From Planctomycetota bacterium (lineage in GTDB: Bacteria > Planctomycetota > UBA1135 > UBA2386), in the NCBI GenBank assembly GCA_014192625.1, contig BJHM01000008.1, positions 66,944 through 130,943 on the forward strand: a stretch of DNA of 64,000 nt. The letters run 5' to 3'. The notes below the pieces were generated by a model that had not been told where the DNA came from, did not search any database, and was given only the letters and a program-made list of their open reading frames with translations. Positions 39,491-50,158 of the stretch are shown one piece after another. How positions within the stretch are numbered: the first letter of the stretch is position 1; the number at the start of each line of letters is the position of its first letter. The position numbers and the translations under genes are program-made.

Positions 39491-41071
39491 CTACTCCCAC
39501 TCGATCGTGGCCGGTGGTTTACTGCTGATATCGAGTCCGACGCGCGCAAAGCCCTTCACCTCGTTGAGGATGCGGCTCGAAATCCTGCGCATCGTCTCGA
39601 TCGGCAGCATCTCCCAGTCTGCGGTCATCGCATCAACCGAGCTGACAAAGCGCAGCATGCACACGTCCTCGTAGACCCGGGCATCCCCCTTCACGCCGAC
39701 GGTCTTTTGCGGCACGTAGACCGCGAAGTACTGCCACAGGCGGTGATGATGCCCGCCTTTTTCAGTCTCTTCGCGAACGATCGCATCCGCGGCACGCAGT
39801 GCAAAAAGTTTTTCCTGCGTGATCTCACCAAGGCAACGCACCGAAAGACCAGGGCCTGGGAAAGGTTGGCGATCAATCAACGCGGGCGGCAACCCCATCT
39901 GCCTTCCGATCGCACGCACTTCGTCCTTGAACAAGTCGCGCAGCGGTTCAACCAGCGTCATGTCGAGGTCCTTCGGCAGACCACCGACATTGTGATGGCT
40001 CTTGATCGTCGAGGTGGCGCCACCGTGCGCAGACACCGACTCGATCACGTCGGGATACAGCGTGCCCTGACCGAGAAACTTCGCGTTCTTGATGCCACTG
40101 GCTTCGCTCTTGAAAACATCGACGAAAATCTTGCCGATGATTTTGCGCTTTTGTTCGGGATCAACCACGCCCTTCAACTGGCTGAGGAAGCGTTCGCTGG
40201 CATCAACGACCTTGAGGTCCATGTGATACTCATCGCGAAACAGTGCCTCGACACCCATGCGCTCGTCCTTGCGCAACAGGCCGTTGTCGACGAACACGCA
40301 GTGCAGCCGATTGCCAATCGCACGATGGATGATCACCGCTGCGACAGAACTATCAACGCCACCCGACAGGCCAAGCACCACTTCGCCGGTCGGGGTGACC
40401 AAGTCCTTCACCGCCTGAATTTTGCGCTCGACGATCTGGCCGGGATCCCAGTCCGCTGTGCACTTGGCAATGTTGCGGACGAAGTTCGCCAGCATGAGTT
40501 GACCGTCCTGCGTGTGCGCCACTTCCGGGTGAAACTGCAGGCCATAAAAAAAGCGACTCGGATCCGCTACGACCGCAAAGGGGCACGGTTCACTCTTTGC
40601 CAGCACCTGAAAATGAGGCGGCAATTTGCTGACTTTGTCGCCGTGCGACATCCAGACGATCCCGTTCTTTTGCACGCCCTGGAGGAAACCCTGCGGTTCG
40701 ATGACCTCCAATGCCGTGCGGCCATATTCCGCACCCGATTGCGCTGGCGTCACCTGGCCACCAAGATTTTGCGCCATCCACTGCAGGCCGTAGCAGATGC
40801 CGAGCACTGGCACACCTTGCTGCAGGATCGCGCCATCCAGCTTTGGCGCGTCGTGCTCGTAGACCGAGCGCGGACCACCACTGAGGATCACGGCTTTGGG
40901 CCGCATCGCCGCAAAAGTAAACATCGCGCGCTCAGGCACCGTGATCCGCGAATAGACCCCGAGTTCGCGAACGCGCCGCGCGATCAGTTGGCAGTATTGC
41001 GCGCCGAAATCGACAATCAGGACACCGCCGCTAGGACCTTCGCCGCCATTTACCTGCAAAGGTTGACTCAT
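39491..41071 (-). CDS. guaA: glutamine-hydrolysing GMP synthase
   Basis: GATase Cys GICYGLQ, PP-loop GLSGGVDSSV, C-terminal PPATIEWE. Confidence 0.95.
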   Translation of the reverse strand: MSQPLQVNGGEGPSGGVLIVDFGAQYCQLIARRVRELGVYSRITVPERAMFTFAAMRPKAVILSGGPRSVYEHDAPKLDGAILQQGVPVLGICYGLQWMAQNLGGQVTPAQSGAEYGRTALEVIEPQGFLQGVQKNGIVWMSHGDKVSKLPPHFQVLAKSEPCPFAVVADPSRFFYGLQFHPEVAHTQDGQLMLANFVRNIAKCTADWDPGQIVERKIQAVKDLVTPTGEVVLGLSGGVDSSVAAVIIHRAIGNRLHCVFVDNGLLRKDERMGVEALFRDEYHMDLKVVDASERFLSQLKGVVDPEQKRKIIGKIFVDVFKSEASGIKNAKFLGQGTLYPDVIESVSAHGGATSTIKSHHNVGGLPKDLDMTLVEPLRDLFKDEVRAIGRQMGLPPALIDRQPFPGPGLSVRCLGEITQEKLFALRAADAIVREETEKGGHHHRLWQYFAVYVPQKTVGVKGDARVYEDVCMLRFVSSVDAMTADWEMLPIETMRRISSRILNEVKGFARVGLDISSKPPATIEWE

Positions 41072-42525
41072 GCTTCGCCGCTGTAGTTGGGCGCTTCCTT
41101 AGTGATTTGAATGTCGTGCGGATGCGACTCGCGCAAGCCCGCTGAAGTAACTTTCAAGAAGCGCGCTTTTGCCGCCAACTCGGCCAGCGTGCGTGCGCCG
41201 CAGTAGCCCATGCCCGAGCGCAACCCACCGACTAACTGGTAGACGAAGTCCGACACCGCACCGCGATACGGCACCATGCCTTCTACGCCCTCGGGAACAA
41301 ATTTCATCTTGTCCTTCACATCGCCTTGGGCGTAGCGATCGGCAGAGCCCTGCTCCATGGCGCCGAGCGACCCCATGCCGCGCACTGTCTTGAAGGATCG
41401 GCCGCGGAACAAAATCGTCTCACCGGGCGATTCATCGAGGCCAGCCAGCAGCGAGCCGAGCATCACGCATGAGGCTCCCGCGGCGAGTGCCTTCACAACA
41501 TCACCCGACTGCCGGATGCCGCCATCGGCAATCACCGGCACGCCCGCTTGCGCACAAGCGCGCACCGCTTCGAGCACAGCCGTCATCTGCGGCACGCCGC
41601 AACCGGTCACGATGCGCGTCGTGCATATCGAGCCAGGACCGATGCCGACCTTTATGCCATCGGCACCCGCATCCACAAGGGCCTTTGCACCGTCGTAGGT
41701 GCCGACATTGCCAGCAACGACCGGCACCCTGGTCGCCTTCTTAATCGCAATCACAGTGTCGATCACGTTCTTGCTGTGGCCATGCGCCGTGTCCACGACA
41801 ATCACATCAAGACCAGCTTCTACCAGTTTCTCAACGCGCAGCAGGTCGTGCACACCCACTGCCGCGCCAACGATCAACCGCCCCTGAGCGTCGCGCGCAG
41901 CGAACGGAAACTCCTCAGTGCCGCGGATGTCCCGCATCGTGATCAGGCCTGCGAGCGTGCCATCCAGTTGCACCAAGATCAGCTTCTCGACCTTGTTGCG
42001 CTGCAGGATCGAACGGGCTTGCTCCAGGGTCGTGCCGGGCACCGCAGTGACCAAGTTGAGCGAAGTCATCACGGTGCTGACCGCAGACTCACGGCGATCG
42101 ACGAAACGCAGATCGCGGTGAGTCAGGATGCCGATCACACGCCGCCGCTCATCGACGACGGGCAGGCCACTGATCTTGTGCTTCTGCATCAGATCCTTAG
42201 CAGACCCAACCGTGTCTTCCGCCTTCAGCACAACCGGATCCTGGATCACGCCATTGGCACTGCGCTTTACCTTGTCGACCTCAACAACCTGTTTTTCGAT
42301 TGAGAGATTCTTGTGCACGATGCCGATGCCACCTTGCTGCGCCAGCGCCACCGCCATGTGCGCTTCGGTGACGGTGTCCATTGCCGCAGAGGCAATCGGA
42401 ACTTGCAACTCAACACCACGGCAGAAACGGGTTCGGGTTTGGACGTCGCGCGGCAATGCCGAGGCCATCTGCGGCACCAGCAGGACGTCATCATAGGTGA
42501 GGCCTTCGCCGACAAACTCAGCCAC
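41068..42525 (-). CDS. guaB: IMP dehydrogenase
   Basis: Catalytic loop [11 protein letters not shown] and a tandem CBS insert. GTG start with GGAG about 10 nt upstream. ATGA overlap with guaA. Confidence 0.95.
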   Translation of the reverse strand: MAEFVGEGLTYDDVLLVPQMASALPRDVQTRTRFCRGVELQVPIASAAMDTVTEAHMAVALAQQGGIGIVHKNLSIEKQVVEVDKVKRSANGVIQDPVVLKAEDTVGSAKDLMQKHKISGLPVVDERRRVIGILTHRDLRFVDRRESAVSTVMTSLNLVTAVPGTTLEQARSILQRNKVEKLILVQLDGTLAGLITMRDIRGTEEFPFAARDAQGRLIVGAAVGVHDLLRVEKLVEAGLDVIVVDTAHGHSKNVIDTVIAIKKATRVPVVAGNVGTYDGAKALVDAGADGIKVGIGPGSICTTRIVTGCGVPQMTAVLEAVRACAQAGVPVIADGGIRQSGDVVKALAAGASCVMLGSLLAGLDESPGETILFRGRSFKTVRGMGSLGAMEQGSADRYAQGDVKDKMKFVPEGVEGMVPYRGAVSDFVYQLVGGLRSGMGYCGARTLAELAAKARFLKVTSAGLRESHPHDIQITKEAPNYSGEA

Positions 42526-42747
42526 GGCGTATTGCTCCGTATGGTTTTGGGGAAAGCGTTTGGAGGTTAGCGGCGATCGGCCTGCAATGCCAACGGTTGC
42601 ACAATCCGATTACGACGCAGAACAGCAATACAGTTGGTCGAGAACTGGTGTGAACTCCTGCTCGCAGGTTCGCCAGTCTGTAAAGGTTGCGGGTAACAGT
42701 TTGGGAAAGGGCAAGGGATCGCAGCACAACAGCGTCCGGTATTTGCC

Positions 42748-42772
42748 GTCAAGTAGCAGCGTCAAGTGGCAG
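42748..42772. repeat. tandem 13-nt-period direct repeat GTCAAGTAGCAG / GTCAAGTGGCAG
   Basis: Two adjacent copies, 11 of 12 identical, read directly from the guaB / PSCyt divergent intergenic region. Confidence 0.6.
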
Positions 42773-42814
42773 GCCGGCACAGCAACAGCGATTTTTTACA
42801 GAATGGAAACCCAC

Positions 42815-42837
42815 GTCGTTGCCGTGTTCGGCACGAC
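42815..42837. other. stable stem-loop (9 bp with one bulged T, TGTT loop)
   Basis: GTCGTTGCCG-TGTT-CGGCACGAC read directly from the sequence. A T6 run follows at 42852-42857 on the plus strand. Confidence 0.4.
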
Positions 42838-42866
42838 AAAATCCCACCAGGTTTTTTGCTGCGACT

Positions 42867-42894
42867 AAAAAGGCCGTTTCTGCGGCCAAAAAAA
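42867..42894 (-). terminator. terminator-like element: A5-GGCCG-TTTCTG-CGGCC-A7 (reads T7-hairpin-T5 on the minus strand)
   Basis: 5-bp GC stem flanked by homopolymer runs. There is no annotated minus-strand gene immediately to its right, so it may belong to an unannotated small transcript. Confidence 0.25.
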
Positions 42895-43193
42895 CGGCGG
42901 AATGACTCCATTCTTTACAAGCCGCAAACGGCGAATGTGCCGCACTCACGAGAAGTCAGCCAGCCGTTCGTTTGCACGGACTTTTTTGGCGCCTAAACCT
43001 TGGTCACGATGAGGTGACCACAACACCCACCTAGGTCTTCTGGCGGATCGCACAGCCAACCTTAGTGGCTGGACAAACCGCGCTCGGGAAAAACAACGGG
43101 CAGATAGCGAACCAATGATCGAGTCCGCCAATGGTTGCAAGGCAAAACGTTGGCTAGCATCTGCCGGCCGCGCTACTGCGCGTGCTGTTTCCC

Positions 43194-46100
43194 ATGCACG
43201 CCATTGCCTTGCGCATTTTGCAGATCGCCATTTGCCTCACGTTCGTGGTGCTGGGCAGCGTTCATGCGCAAAGCACCGCCAGCACTTCGGCAACCGCCGC
43301 GGTTGAGTTCTTCGAACGACGCATCCGGCCAGTGCTCGCACAAGATTGCTACGAGTGTCACAGCAGCAACGGCAAACAGCAGGGTGGCCTTGCACTTGAC
43401 CACCGCGCAGCCCTGTTGCGCGGCGGTGACAATGGCCCAGTTATCGCGCCTTCTCTGCCTTTGACCAGCCGGCTGCTGCTGGCGATCCGTCGCTCGAATC
43501 CGCAGCTGCAAATGCCAAAGGGGCGACCGCCACTTGCCGCGAGCGTGATAGCAGACTTCGAGCAATGGCTGCGGGATGGCGCAATGGATCCACGCGATCA
43601 CCCGCCTAGCAAGGAAGAGCTTGCAGCCGACACGGACTGGGACGCGGTAATGCGGCGGCGGCTCACTTGGTGGAGCTTTCAACCAATTCATAAAACCGTG
43701 CCGGCAGATAATGCAAATCCAGCAACGAATAAGCCCATCGATCAATTCGTTTCGCAACAGCAGAAAGAACATCACCTAGTGAAAGCACCCCGCGCCGAGC
43801 CCGCGGTGTTATTGCGGCGCCTGAGCTTTGCGTTGCGCGGACTGCCGCCTTCCAAGGCAGAAATCGCAGCGTTCGCAGAGGCAGAAGGGCAGGACGAATA
43901 CACGCAATGCGTCGACACATGGCTCGCAACGCCTCAGTTCGGCGAACATTGGGCGCGGCACTGGATGGATTGGCTGCGCTATGCCGACTCGCATGGCAGC
44001 GAAGGCGATGCTGCGATTCCATATGCGTGGCGCTACCGCGACTATCTGATTCGCGCGCTCAATCAGGACGTTGGCTATGACCAACTCCTGCGCGAACACC
44101 TAGCTGGCGACCTGCTACCAAGGCCTCGGTTGGACAGGGAGCAAGGCCGCAACGAGTCGGCACTTGGCACTGGGCACTTGCGGATGGTGTTCCATGGCTA
44201 CGCGCCAACCGATCCGCGCGAGGAACTGATCCGCTTCACAGACGATCAGATCGATGTTGTAAGCAAGGCATTCTTAGGTCTCACGGTCTCGTGCGCGCGC
44301 TGCCACGACCACAAGTTCGACCCGATCAGCCAACGCGATTACACAGCACTCTACGGAATCTTCACTTCAAGTTCGCCAGCCGTGATCACCTCAGATGCGC
44401 CGAGTGAGACGCAGCAGCAGTTGCGCGCCAGGTTGACCCGAACAAAAGCAGATCTGCAAGCAAAGCTGGCCGCGCGATTCCGCGATTCTGCGCAGGGGCT
44501 TGTGCAGCAACTGACCAATCCTGACGAGCAGCTGCGAGCGGCGATCTCGCAGGCAAAATCGCCATCGGACCTGCTACACGGATTTGCGGTGCTGAACGAA
44601 GGCAAACACGAAGCACCATTGCAGGATTGGCGCAAAGCAAACGCTGCTGCACGGGCGACAGCGAGCATTAAATATGACCTCGCCTTGCCTGCCGCACTAA
44701 AGCAATGGCGAAGCTCTGGCATTGCCGTGCAAGAGACCAGTGCCGCAGGTGCGTTTGCGATTGCCGACAAAGGGGAAAAATTTTTGCTCGGCATCTATCC
44801 AGCGGGCACCTACTCGCACCTGACCACCATGAAGGACCGAGGTGTCTTGCTGTCGCCGAGCATCGCGCTAGATCGCAGCTATGACCTTTGGCTGCGGGTG
44901 ACTGGCGATGGCGGTGCTGCCGTGCGCTACGTGGTGCAGCACTACCCACGCGATGGTTCGGTGTTTCCGATCACAGAGCTGAACTCTGGGCAATGGCGCT
45001 GGCTTCACTTTTCCCTCAACTACTGGACCGGCGATGAGATCCATGTCGAACTCACGACCGCTGCCGACCAACCAGTGCTCGCTAAGACAGATGTCGCGCG
45101 ATCCTTCTTCGGGGTGCGCGAAGTGCTGGTCATGCCAAGCGGAAAAAGCGCACCAACCGATTCATGCGAGTTTGCACAGCCGATCCTCGATGCGTTTTTG
45201 GCTCGTGAGCCAGCTAGCACCTTGGAGCTAGCAGAGGGCTATGCGGCAGCACTGAGGATCGCTGCGCAAGCGTGGTTGTTGCACAGTGCAACCGACGCAC
45301 AAGCGCTCTACCTCGACGCATTGCTGCGCGCGGACTTGCTGCCAAACCAAACCGACCAACATAAAGAACTCGCCGTGTTGCTGGCCGAATGCCGCAGTCT
45401 GGAAACCGCACTGCTCGTTCCAGAACGCTGCCCGGGAGTGATTGAGATCGAGCCCAACGATGCGCCGTTGCTCCTGCGCGGCAACTACAAGCAGCCGAGC
45501 ACAATCGTGCCGCGCAGAAGCCTCAGCGCGTTCGGCGGCACCATTAGCCCGGCCAAAACGAGTGGCCGTCTCGAACTCGCCGAAGATTGGCTGCGCCGTG
45601 ACAATCCACTCGTAGCAAGGGTGATCGTCAATCGGATTTGGCACCACCTGTTTGGTCGCGGTCTAGTTTTGACGACTGACAATTTTGGCCACATGGGGAC
45701 GCCACCCTCGCATCCAGAGTTACTCGACTATCTCGCCAGCGAGTTTGTCGAACAGGGTTGGTCGCAAAAAACCTTGATCCGCCAGATCGTGCTGTCAGAT
45801 GCATTTCAGCGCAGCAGCACGCCGACCGATGGCGCACTCGAGCGCGATCCCGAAAACATCTATCTGTCGCACTTCGCCGTGCGGCGGATCGAAGCCGAAT
45901 CGATCCGCGATGCGTTGCTCACGGTCGCGGGCGATCTCGACCCTGCGCAATATGGCCAGCCGGTGAGCGGCAATTCCCCGCGGCGCAGCGTCTACGTGCG
46001 CCAGCAACGCAACGATATGGACCCGTTTCTTGCCGCGTTCGATGAGCCGGTACCCGCTAGCACCAAAGGCCAGCGCGATGTGACCAACGTGCCAGCGCAG

Positions 46101-47249
46101 TCACTGGCGATGCTCAACAGCCCGTTTGTTATGCAATGTGCCGAGCACTGGGCAACCCAACTCGATGACGAGCATTCGCAGCAGACACCGGGCACACGCA
46201 TCGACACGATGTATGTCACGGCGCTCGGCCGAATGCCGACGGCGATCGAACGGGACCGGGCACTCGCCTTCGTGCAGCAATCCGCGGCCATGCAAAAAGC
46301 CGATCAACAAACTCGGCTTGAACTCAATAACGCGATTCAACCTGCCGAGCAGCAGCTGCGAAAATTGGATGCGCTTGCCGTCGAACGGCTAAGGGCGCAA
46401 CGCGAAAAGAACAGCCCGCCACCAGCCGGGAGTTTGCCGCAGCCCATCGCCGCATGGGACTTCGACAAAGACACCCGCGACCACGTTGGCGAGATGCACG
46501 GTGAACTGCATGGCGAAGCGAAACTATTCGACAATACACTCGTGCTCGCTGGTGGACAGAGCTACGTGTCGACCGCGCCGCTACGCAAAACAGTGCGCGA
46601 AAAAACTCTTTTGGCGGTGGTCCAAGTCGACAACCTAAGCCAACAAGGCGGTGGCGTAATAAGCCTGCAGGACCTCGAAGGCACGGAGTTTGATGCGTTG
46701 GTGTTCGGCGAACAGGACCCGGGCCAATGGCTCGCTGGCAGCAATCTTTTTACTCGCACCCAATCGTTTCATGGGCCATGGGAATCCTCGGCTAACGATC
46801 GCCCCGTTCATCTAGCACTCGTCTACGCAGACGATGGCACGATCACTGCCTATCGCAATGGTGAACCCTATGGCTCGCCATACAAAACATCGGGTCCCGT
46901 CACCTTCACGCGGGGCAAGGCGCAGATCCTGATCGGCCTGCGCCATGGCACGCCGGCGGAGGGTCGCCTGCTAAAGGGCCGCATTCATCATGCGGCATTG
47001 TTTGACCGCGCCTTGTCGAGCAACGAGGTTCTGTTGCTGGCACAGCAACAGAGCACCGTCATGACGGATGCCTTGTTGCGCGCGAGCCTTTCGCTTGAAG
47101 AGCAAACGTATCGCACCCAGCTTTCAAACTTGATCGCAGCCGACAGACAGCTACTGCAGCAACTTGACCGCCATACTAATGCCTCCTCCCCGTGGGCTTT
47201 GCTAGCCCACGCGATGTGCAACCAAAAAGAGTTCCTCTATCTCCGCTGA
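43194..47249 (+). CDS. PSCyt1/PSCyt2(DUF1549)/PSD1(DUF1553) family protein with heme-binding CxxCH and an inserted LamG-like domain
   Basis: ATG 43194 gives a signal peptide. CYECH at 43347-43361. DUF1549-like NKPIDQFV...LLRRLSFALRGLPPSKAEIAAF. DUF1553-like RRIEAESIRDALLTVAGDL and the terminal NQKEFLYLR. LamG-like block at about 46455-47040 (GRIHHAALFDRALSSNEV). Confidence 0.85.
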   Translation: MHAIALRILQIAICLTFVVLGSVHAQSTASTSATAAVEFFERRIRPVLAQDCYECHSSNGKQQGGLALDHRAALLRGGDNGPVIAPSLPLTSRLLLAIRRSNPQLQMPKGRPPLAASVIADFEQWLRDGAMDPRDHPPSKEELAADTDWDAVMRRRLTWWSFQPIHKTVPADNANPATNKPIDQFVSQQQKEHHLVKAPRAEPAVLLRRLSFALRGLPPSKAEIAAFAEAEGQDEYTQCVDTWLATPQFGEHWARHWMDWLRYADSHGSEGDAAIPYAWRYRDYLIRALNQDVGYDQLLREHLAGDLLPRPRLDREQGRNESALGTGHLRMVFHGYAPTDPREELIRFTDDQIDVVSKAFLGLTVSCARCHDHKFDPISQRDYTALYGIFTSSSPAVITSDAPSETQQQLRARLTRTKADLQAKLAARFRDSAQGLVQQLTNPDEQLRAAISQAKSPSDLLHGFAVLNEGKHEAPLQDWRKANAAARATASIKYDLALPAALKQWRSSGIAVQETSAAGAFAIADKGEKFLLGIYPAGTYSHLTTMKDRGVLLSPSIALDRSYDLWLRVTGDGGAAVRYVVQHYPRDGSVFPITELNSGQWRWLHFSLNYWTGDEIHVELTTAADQPVLAKTDVARSFFGVREVLVMPSGKSAPTDSCEFAQPILDAFLAREPASTLELAEGYAAALRIAAQAWLLHSATDAQALYLDALLRADLLPNQTDQHKELAVLLAECRSLETALLVPERCPGVIEIEPNDAPLLLRGNYKQPSTIVPRRSLSAFGGTISPAKTSGRLELAEDWLRRDNPLVARVIVNRIWHHLFGRGLVLTTDNFGHMGTPPSHPELLDYLASEFVEQGWSQKTLIRQIVLSDAFQRSSTPTDGALERDPENIYLSHFAVRRIEAESIRDALLTVAGDLDPAQYGQPVSGNSPRRSVYVRQQRNDMDPFLAAFDEPVPASTKGQRDVTNVPAQSLAMLNSPFVMQCAEHWATQLDDEHSQQTPGTRIDTMYVTALGRMPTAIERDRALAFVQQSAAMQKADQQTRLELNNAIQPAEQQLRKLDALAVERLRAQREKNSPPPAGSLPQPIAAWDFDKDTRDHVGEMHGELHGEAKLFDNTLVLAGGQSYVSTAPLRKTVREKTLLAVVQVDNLSQQGGGVISLQDLEGTEFDALVFGEQDPGQWLAGSNLFTRTQSFHGPWESSANDRPVHLALVYADDGTITAYRNGEPYGSPYKTSGPVTFTRGKAQILIGLRHGTPAEGRLLKGRIHHAALFDRALSSNEVLLLAQQQSTVMTDALLRASLSLEEQTYRTQLSNLIAADRQLLQQLDRHTNASSPWALLAHAMCNQKEFLYLR

Positions 47250-47267
47250 CCGCGGATCGAGGCCAAA

Positions 47268-48680
47268 ATGATCCCGCCCATCTCTCGCCGCGAGCTGCTG
47301 CGCAGTTGTTCGACTGGCTTTGGCCTCGCTGCATTGTCCGCCTTGTTGCCAAGACTAGAACCCGCGCGAGAAAGGCCCGCGCCCAACTTCCGTCCGCGCG
47401 CTCGCAACGTGATCTTCTGCTACATGTCCGGCGGCGTGTCTCAGGTCGACTCGTTTGACGACAAGCCGCTGCTGAAAAGGCTCGCTGGCAAGCCAATGCC
47501 AGTCAAGGTCGAGCGGACGATGTTCAACGACAACGGCAACATCATGCCGACACCGTTCACATTCGCGCAGCATGGCAAGAGCGGCATGATGATCAGCTCG
47601 ATGTTTCCGTCGCTCGCGCGCCACTGCGCCGACAAGCTCTGCGTGATCCGCTCGATGACCAGCAAGGTCAATGAGCACGCACAGGGCAATTACTTCTTCC
47701 ACACCGGCTTTCCATTCATCGGCCATCCGAGTGCGGGAGCGTGGGTTCACTACGGCCTCGGCACCGAGAATCAAAATCTACCTGGATTCGTGGTGCTGCA
47801 AAGTGGCGGCGCGGTAGCACCGCACGGCGGCGTTGGACTGTTTGGCAACGGGTTTTTACCGGCCCATCATCAGGCATCTATCTTGGTCGCCGATGCACAA
47901 GACCCGGTAGCAAACATAAAGCCGCGCGAGTCGCATTCGAACCAGCGCCGAGGTCTCGATTATCTTGCCGCTGCCGATGCGATGTTTGCCAGCGCGACCG
48001 CGCACGACCCGCAGGTCGAAGCTGCGATTCGCAACTACGAGACTGCGGCGCGGATGCAGACCGCGGTGCCAGAGCTTTGCGACCTGTCCTTGGAGTCTGC
48101 GGATACTCGCGCGCTCTACGGCCTCGATGATCCGGCGCCGCAGAAAGCCGCGTATGCAAGACAGTGCCTGCTCGCCAGGCGGCTAGTTGAGCGCGGCGTG
48201 CGCTTCGTCGAATTGAGTTGCATGACGCACAACATTGGCGCGGGCGGCGCGCCCAACCCCTGGGACCAGCATGGCGAACTGGCCAAGGGACACAAAGCGA
48301 TGGCACATCAAGTGGACCAGCCGATCGCTGCGTTGCTGATGGACCTCGAACGCCGAGGGCTGCTCGACGAGACGCTGGTGATCTGGGCTGGCGAGTTTGG
48401 TCGCACCCCATTTTCACAAGGCAGCAACGGGCGCGATCACAACCCGTACGGCTTCTCGATCTGGCTCGCCGGTGGCGGCACAAAGGGTGGCACGGTCTAC
48501 GGCGGGACGGACGAACTCGGGTATCACGCCATCGACAAGCCCACCACCGTCTACGACCTCTGGGCGACCGTGCTGTTCCTGCTGGGCATCGACCACGTGA
48601 ACCTGACGTTCTTATCTGGCGGCCGCAATCACCGTCTCACCGACGTCTACGGCAGCGTTATCCGCGAAGTCATCGCGTAA
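47268..48680 (+). CDS. DUF1501 (sulfatase/phosphatase-fold) protein with Tat signal
   Basis: N-terminal SRRELLRS twin-arginine motif plus a hydrophobic stretch, then [18 protein letters not shown] and [17 protein letters not shown], typical of DUF1501. Starts 18 nt after the PSCyt gene. Confidence 0.85.
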   Translation: MIPPISRRELLRSCSTGFGLAALSALLPRLEPARERPAPNFRPRARNVIFCYMSGGVSQVDSFDDKPLLKRLAGKPMPVKVERTMFNDNGNIMPTPFTFAQHGKSGMMISSMFPSLARHCADKLCVIRSMTSKVNEHAQGNYFFHTGFPFIGHPSAGAWVHYGLGTENQNLPGFVVLQSGGAVAPHGGVGLFGNGFLPAHHQASILVADAQDPVANIKPRESHSNQRRGLDYLAAADAMFASATAHDPQVEAAIRNYETAARMQTAVPELCDLSLESADTRALYGLDDPAPQKAAYARQCLLARRLVERGVRFVELSCMTHNIGAGGAPNPWDQHGELAKGHKAMAHQVDQPIAALLMDLERRGLLDETLVIWAGEFGRTPFSQGSNGRDHNPYGFSIWLAGGGTKGGTVYGGTDELGYHAIDKPTTVYDLWATVLFLLGIDHVNLTFLSGGRNHRLTDVYGSVIREVIA

Positions 48681-49527
48681 CCGGAACCGCACTCTGCGAG
48701 AATTTCCCTTCGCGCAGGAAATGTAGGACCTGGGTCAACATGGCTTCGCGCTCACTGATCGCGGTGTGACCAAAAGGTAGCGTGACCGAATCGACTGCGC
48801 CCGCGAGCGCTGCCTCACCCGTGCCAACCGTTCCGTCGTCGTGACCTTTGATGGACTCACTGCCCTCGCCGATGTCGCCGATGATGGTGCCCGAGCAATC
48901 GAGGAACAAGATGGGTTGCTGATGAAACGGATCGCCTGGACTGATCTGCATCGCCGCCTCGGTCCCCATGAAAAACGGGTAGGGCCACCAGTTTTTTCGC
49001 AAATCACACAGCATCGCACCGCGGTGCGGCGTAGCGATGTAGATACAGCGGAACGGCGTGCGCGCGCTGGCTAGACGCAAATACTCTTCGATCACCAGAC
49101 CACCCATCGAGTGCCCGACAAAGGCAACGTGCTGATACTCACCATGAGCAGCAATCTGCGCCTCGATCGCATCGCGCAGTCTTAGAGCGTGCGCTGACAA
49201 CGTGCCGTTGGTGCTCGGATAGCAAGGATTCAACACCGAGTAGCCAGCGGCCAACAAGGCCCGCTCCAAACGCCACATGGACCAACTCGACCGCCACAAT
49301 CCGTGCTGCAACACCACCAGCGTGTGCTTCGCATCGGGTCTCTGCAAAAGGTCTACCTCACTGCTAATCGGCGGCAGGTTGACCAGCACGTCGAACGGCG
49401 TTGCGACCGGCATGCCAAGGCCGATGCCTGCCCCGTAAAGCAGCAGCAAGCTGAGCACGCAGTAAAATAGCCGCTTCTGCCGCCAATACCGCGGCCGAGT
49501 TATTGAGGTGGCAAGTTCAGTCGGCAT
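48670..49527 (-). CDS. alpha/beta hydrolase (lipase/esterase-like) with N-terminal membrane anchor
   Basis: GHSMGG nucleophile elbow and an N-terminal TM segment ([19 protein letters not shown]). Start is ATG 49527 or 49542, both overlapping the miaE 3' end. Its 3' end overlaps the convergent DUF1501 gene by 11 nt. Confidence 0.7.
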   Translation of the reverse strand: MPTELATSITRPRYWRQKRLFYCVLSLLLLYGAGIGLGMPVATPFDVLVNLPPISSEVDLLQRPDAKHTLVVLQHGLWRSSWSMWRLERALLAAGYSVLNPCYPSTNGTLSAHALRLRDAIEAQIAAHGEYQHVAFVGHSMGGLVIEEYLRLASARTPFRCIYIATPHRGAMLCDLRKNWWPYPFFMGTEAAMQISPGDPFHQQPILFLDCSGTIIGDIGEGSESIKGHDDGTVGTGEAALAGAVDSVTLPFGHTAISEREAMLTQVLHFLREGKFSQSAVPVTR

Positions 49528-50158
49528 TGCCGTGCCCGCCATGCAGATGAGGAGTGAACGGCAAAGTTGCAAGCGTGTTGGCCTCGTGCAAAGCGAGCAT
49601 TCGAAAGCGCTCCGCCACATTGGTTGCACCCGGCTGGTTCATTGCGGCCTCGACATAAACGAGATGGTGGCGCGCCTCCGCTTCAACCAGATCAAGATAG
49701 AACTCTGCCACAGACGCAAGAGCAGCTGGCAGAGCGCGTGCAAGGCAGCGCATCCGTTCACAAGACCGCGCCTCGATCAAAGCAGACACCAGCAACTCGT
49801 CGACCAATCGTTGCGGCAGGTGACTTTCGCAGGCGACTTTCAGCTGACTCGCGTAGCGACTGGGCGGCATCGACACAAAGGCGATTTGTTGCTGGTCTAT
49901 GACCCGCAGGGTGCGCTCGAAGTGCACGAGTTCTTCGCGCGCCAACTGCGACAACGAACGCTGCACGTTCGCATTCTGTGGCAGCACGAACAAAAACCGG
50001 TTGGCGGCCGCAGCTGCTTTCTTTTCCAACTGCGCCTGCTCAAGCAACAGCGCATGCAGGTGCGGCACAGCGCGAATACCCCAAGTAATAGGAGTGGCAG
50101 AGCGCAGTGAAAACAGCTCAGGATCGAGCTCAGTTTGAGTGTTCAAGTCATTCCCCAA
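49517..50158 (-). CDS. miaE: tRNA-(ms2io6A37)-hydroxylase, diiron ferritin-like
   Basis: 213 aa with EQAQLEKKAA, ELVHFERTLRVI, LIEARSCERM and EAEARHH (paired ExxH-type diiron motifs), matching the MiaE family layout. Confidence 0.8.
   Translation of the reverse strand: MGNDLNTQTELDPELFSLRSATPITWGIRAVPHLHALLLEQAQLEKKAAAAANRFLFVLPQNANVQRSLSQLAREELVHFERTLRVIDQQQIAFVSMPPSRYASQLKVACESHLPQRLVDELLVSALIEARSCERMRCLARALPAALASVAEFYLDLVEAEARHHLVYVEAAMNQPGATNVAERFRMLALHEANTLATLPFTPHLHGGHGNAD

Noticed and set aside
39341-41086. 581-aa plus-strand ORF opposite guaA
   Set aside because: It is antisense to an unmistakable GMP synthase (PP-loop, GATase Cys). Its composition is Arg/His/Leu-rich with no motifs. 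Shadow ORF.
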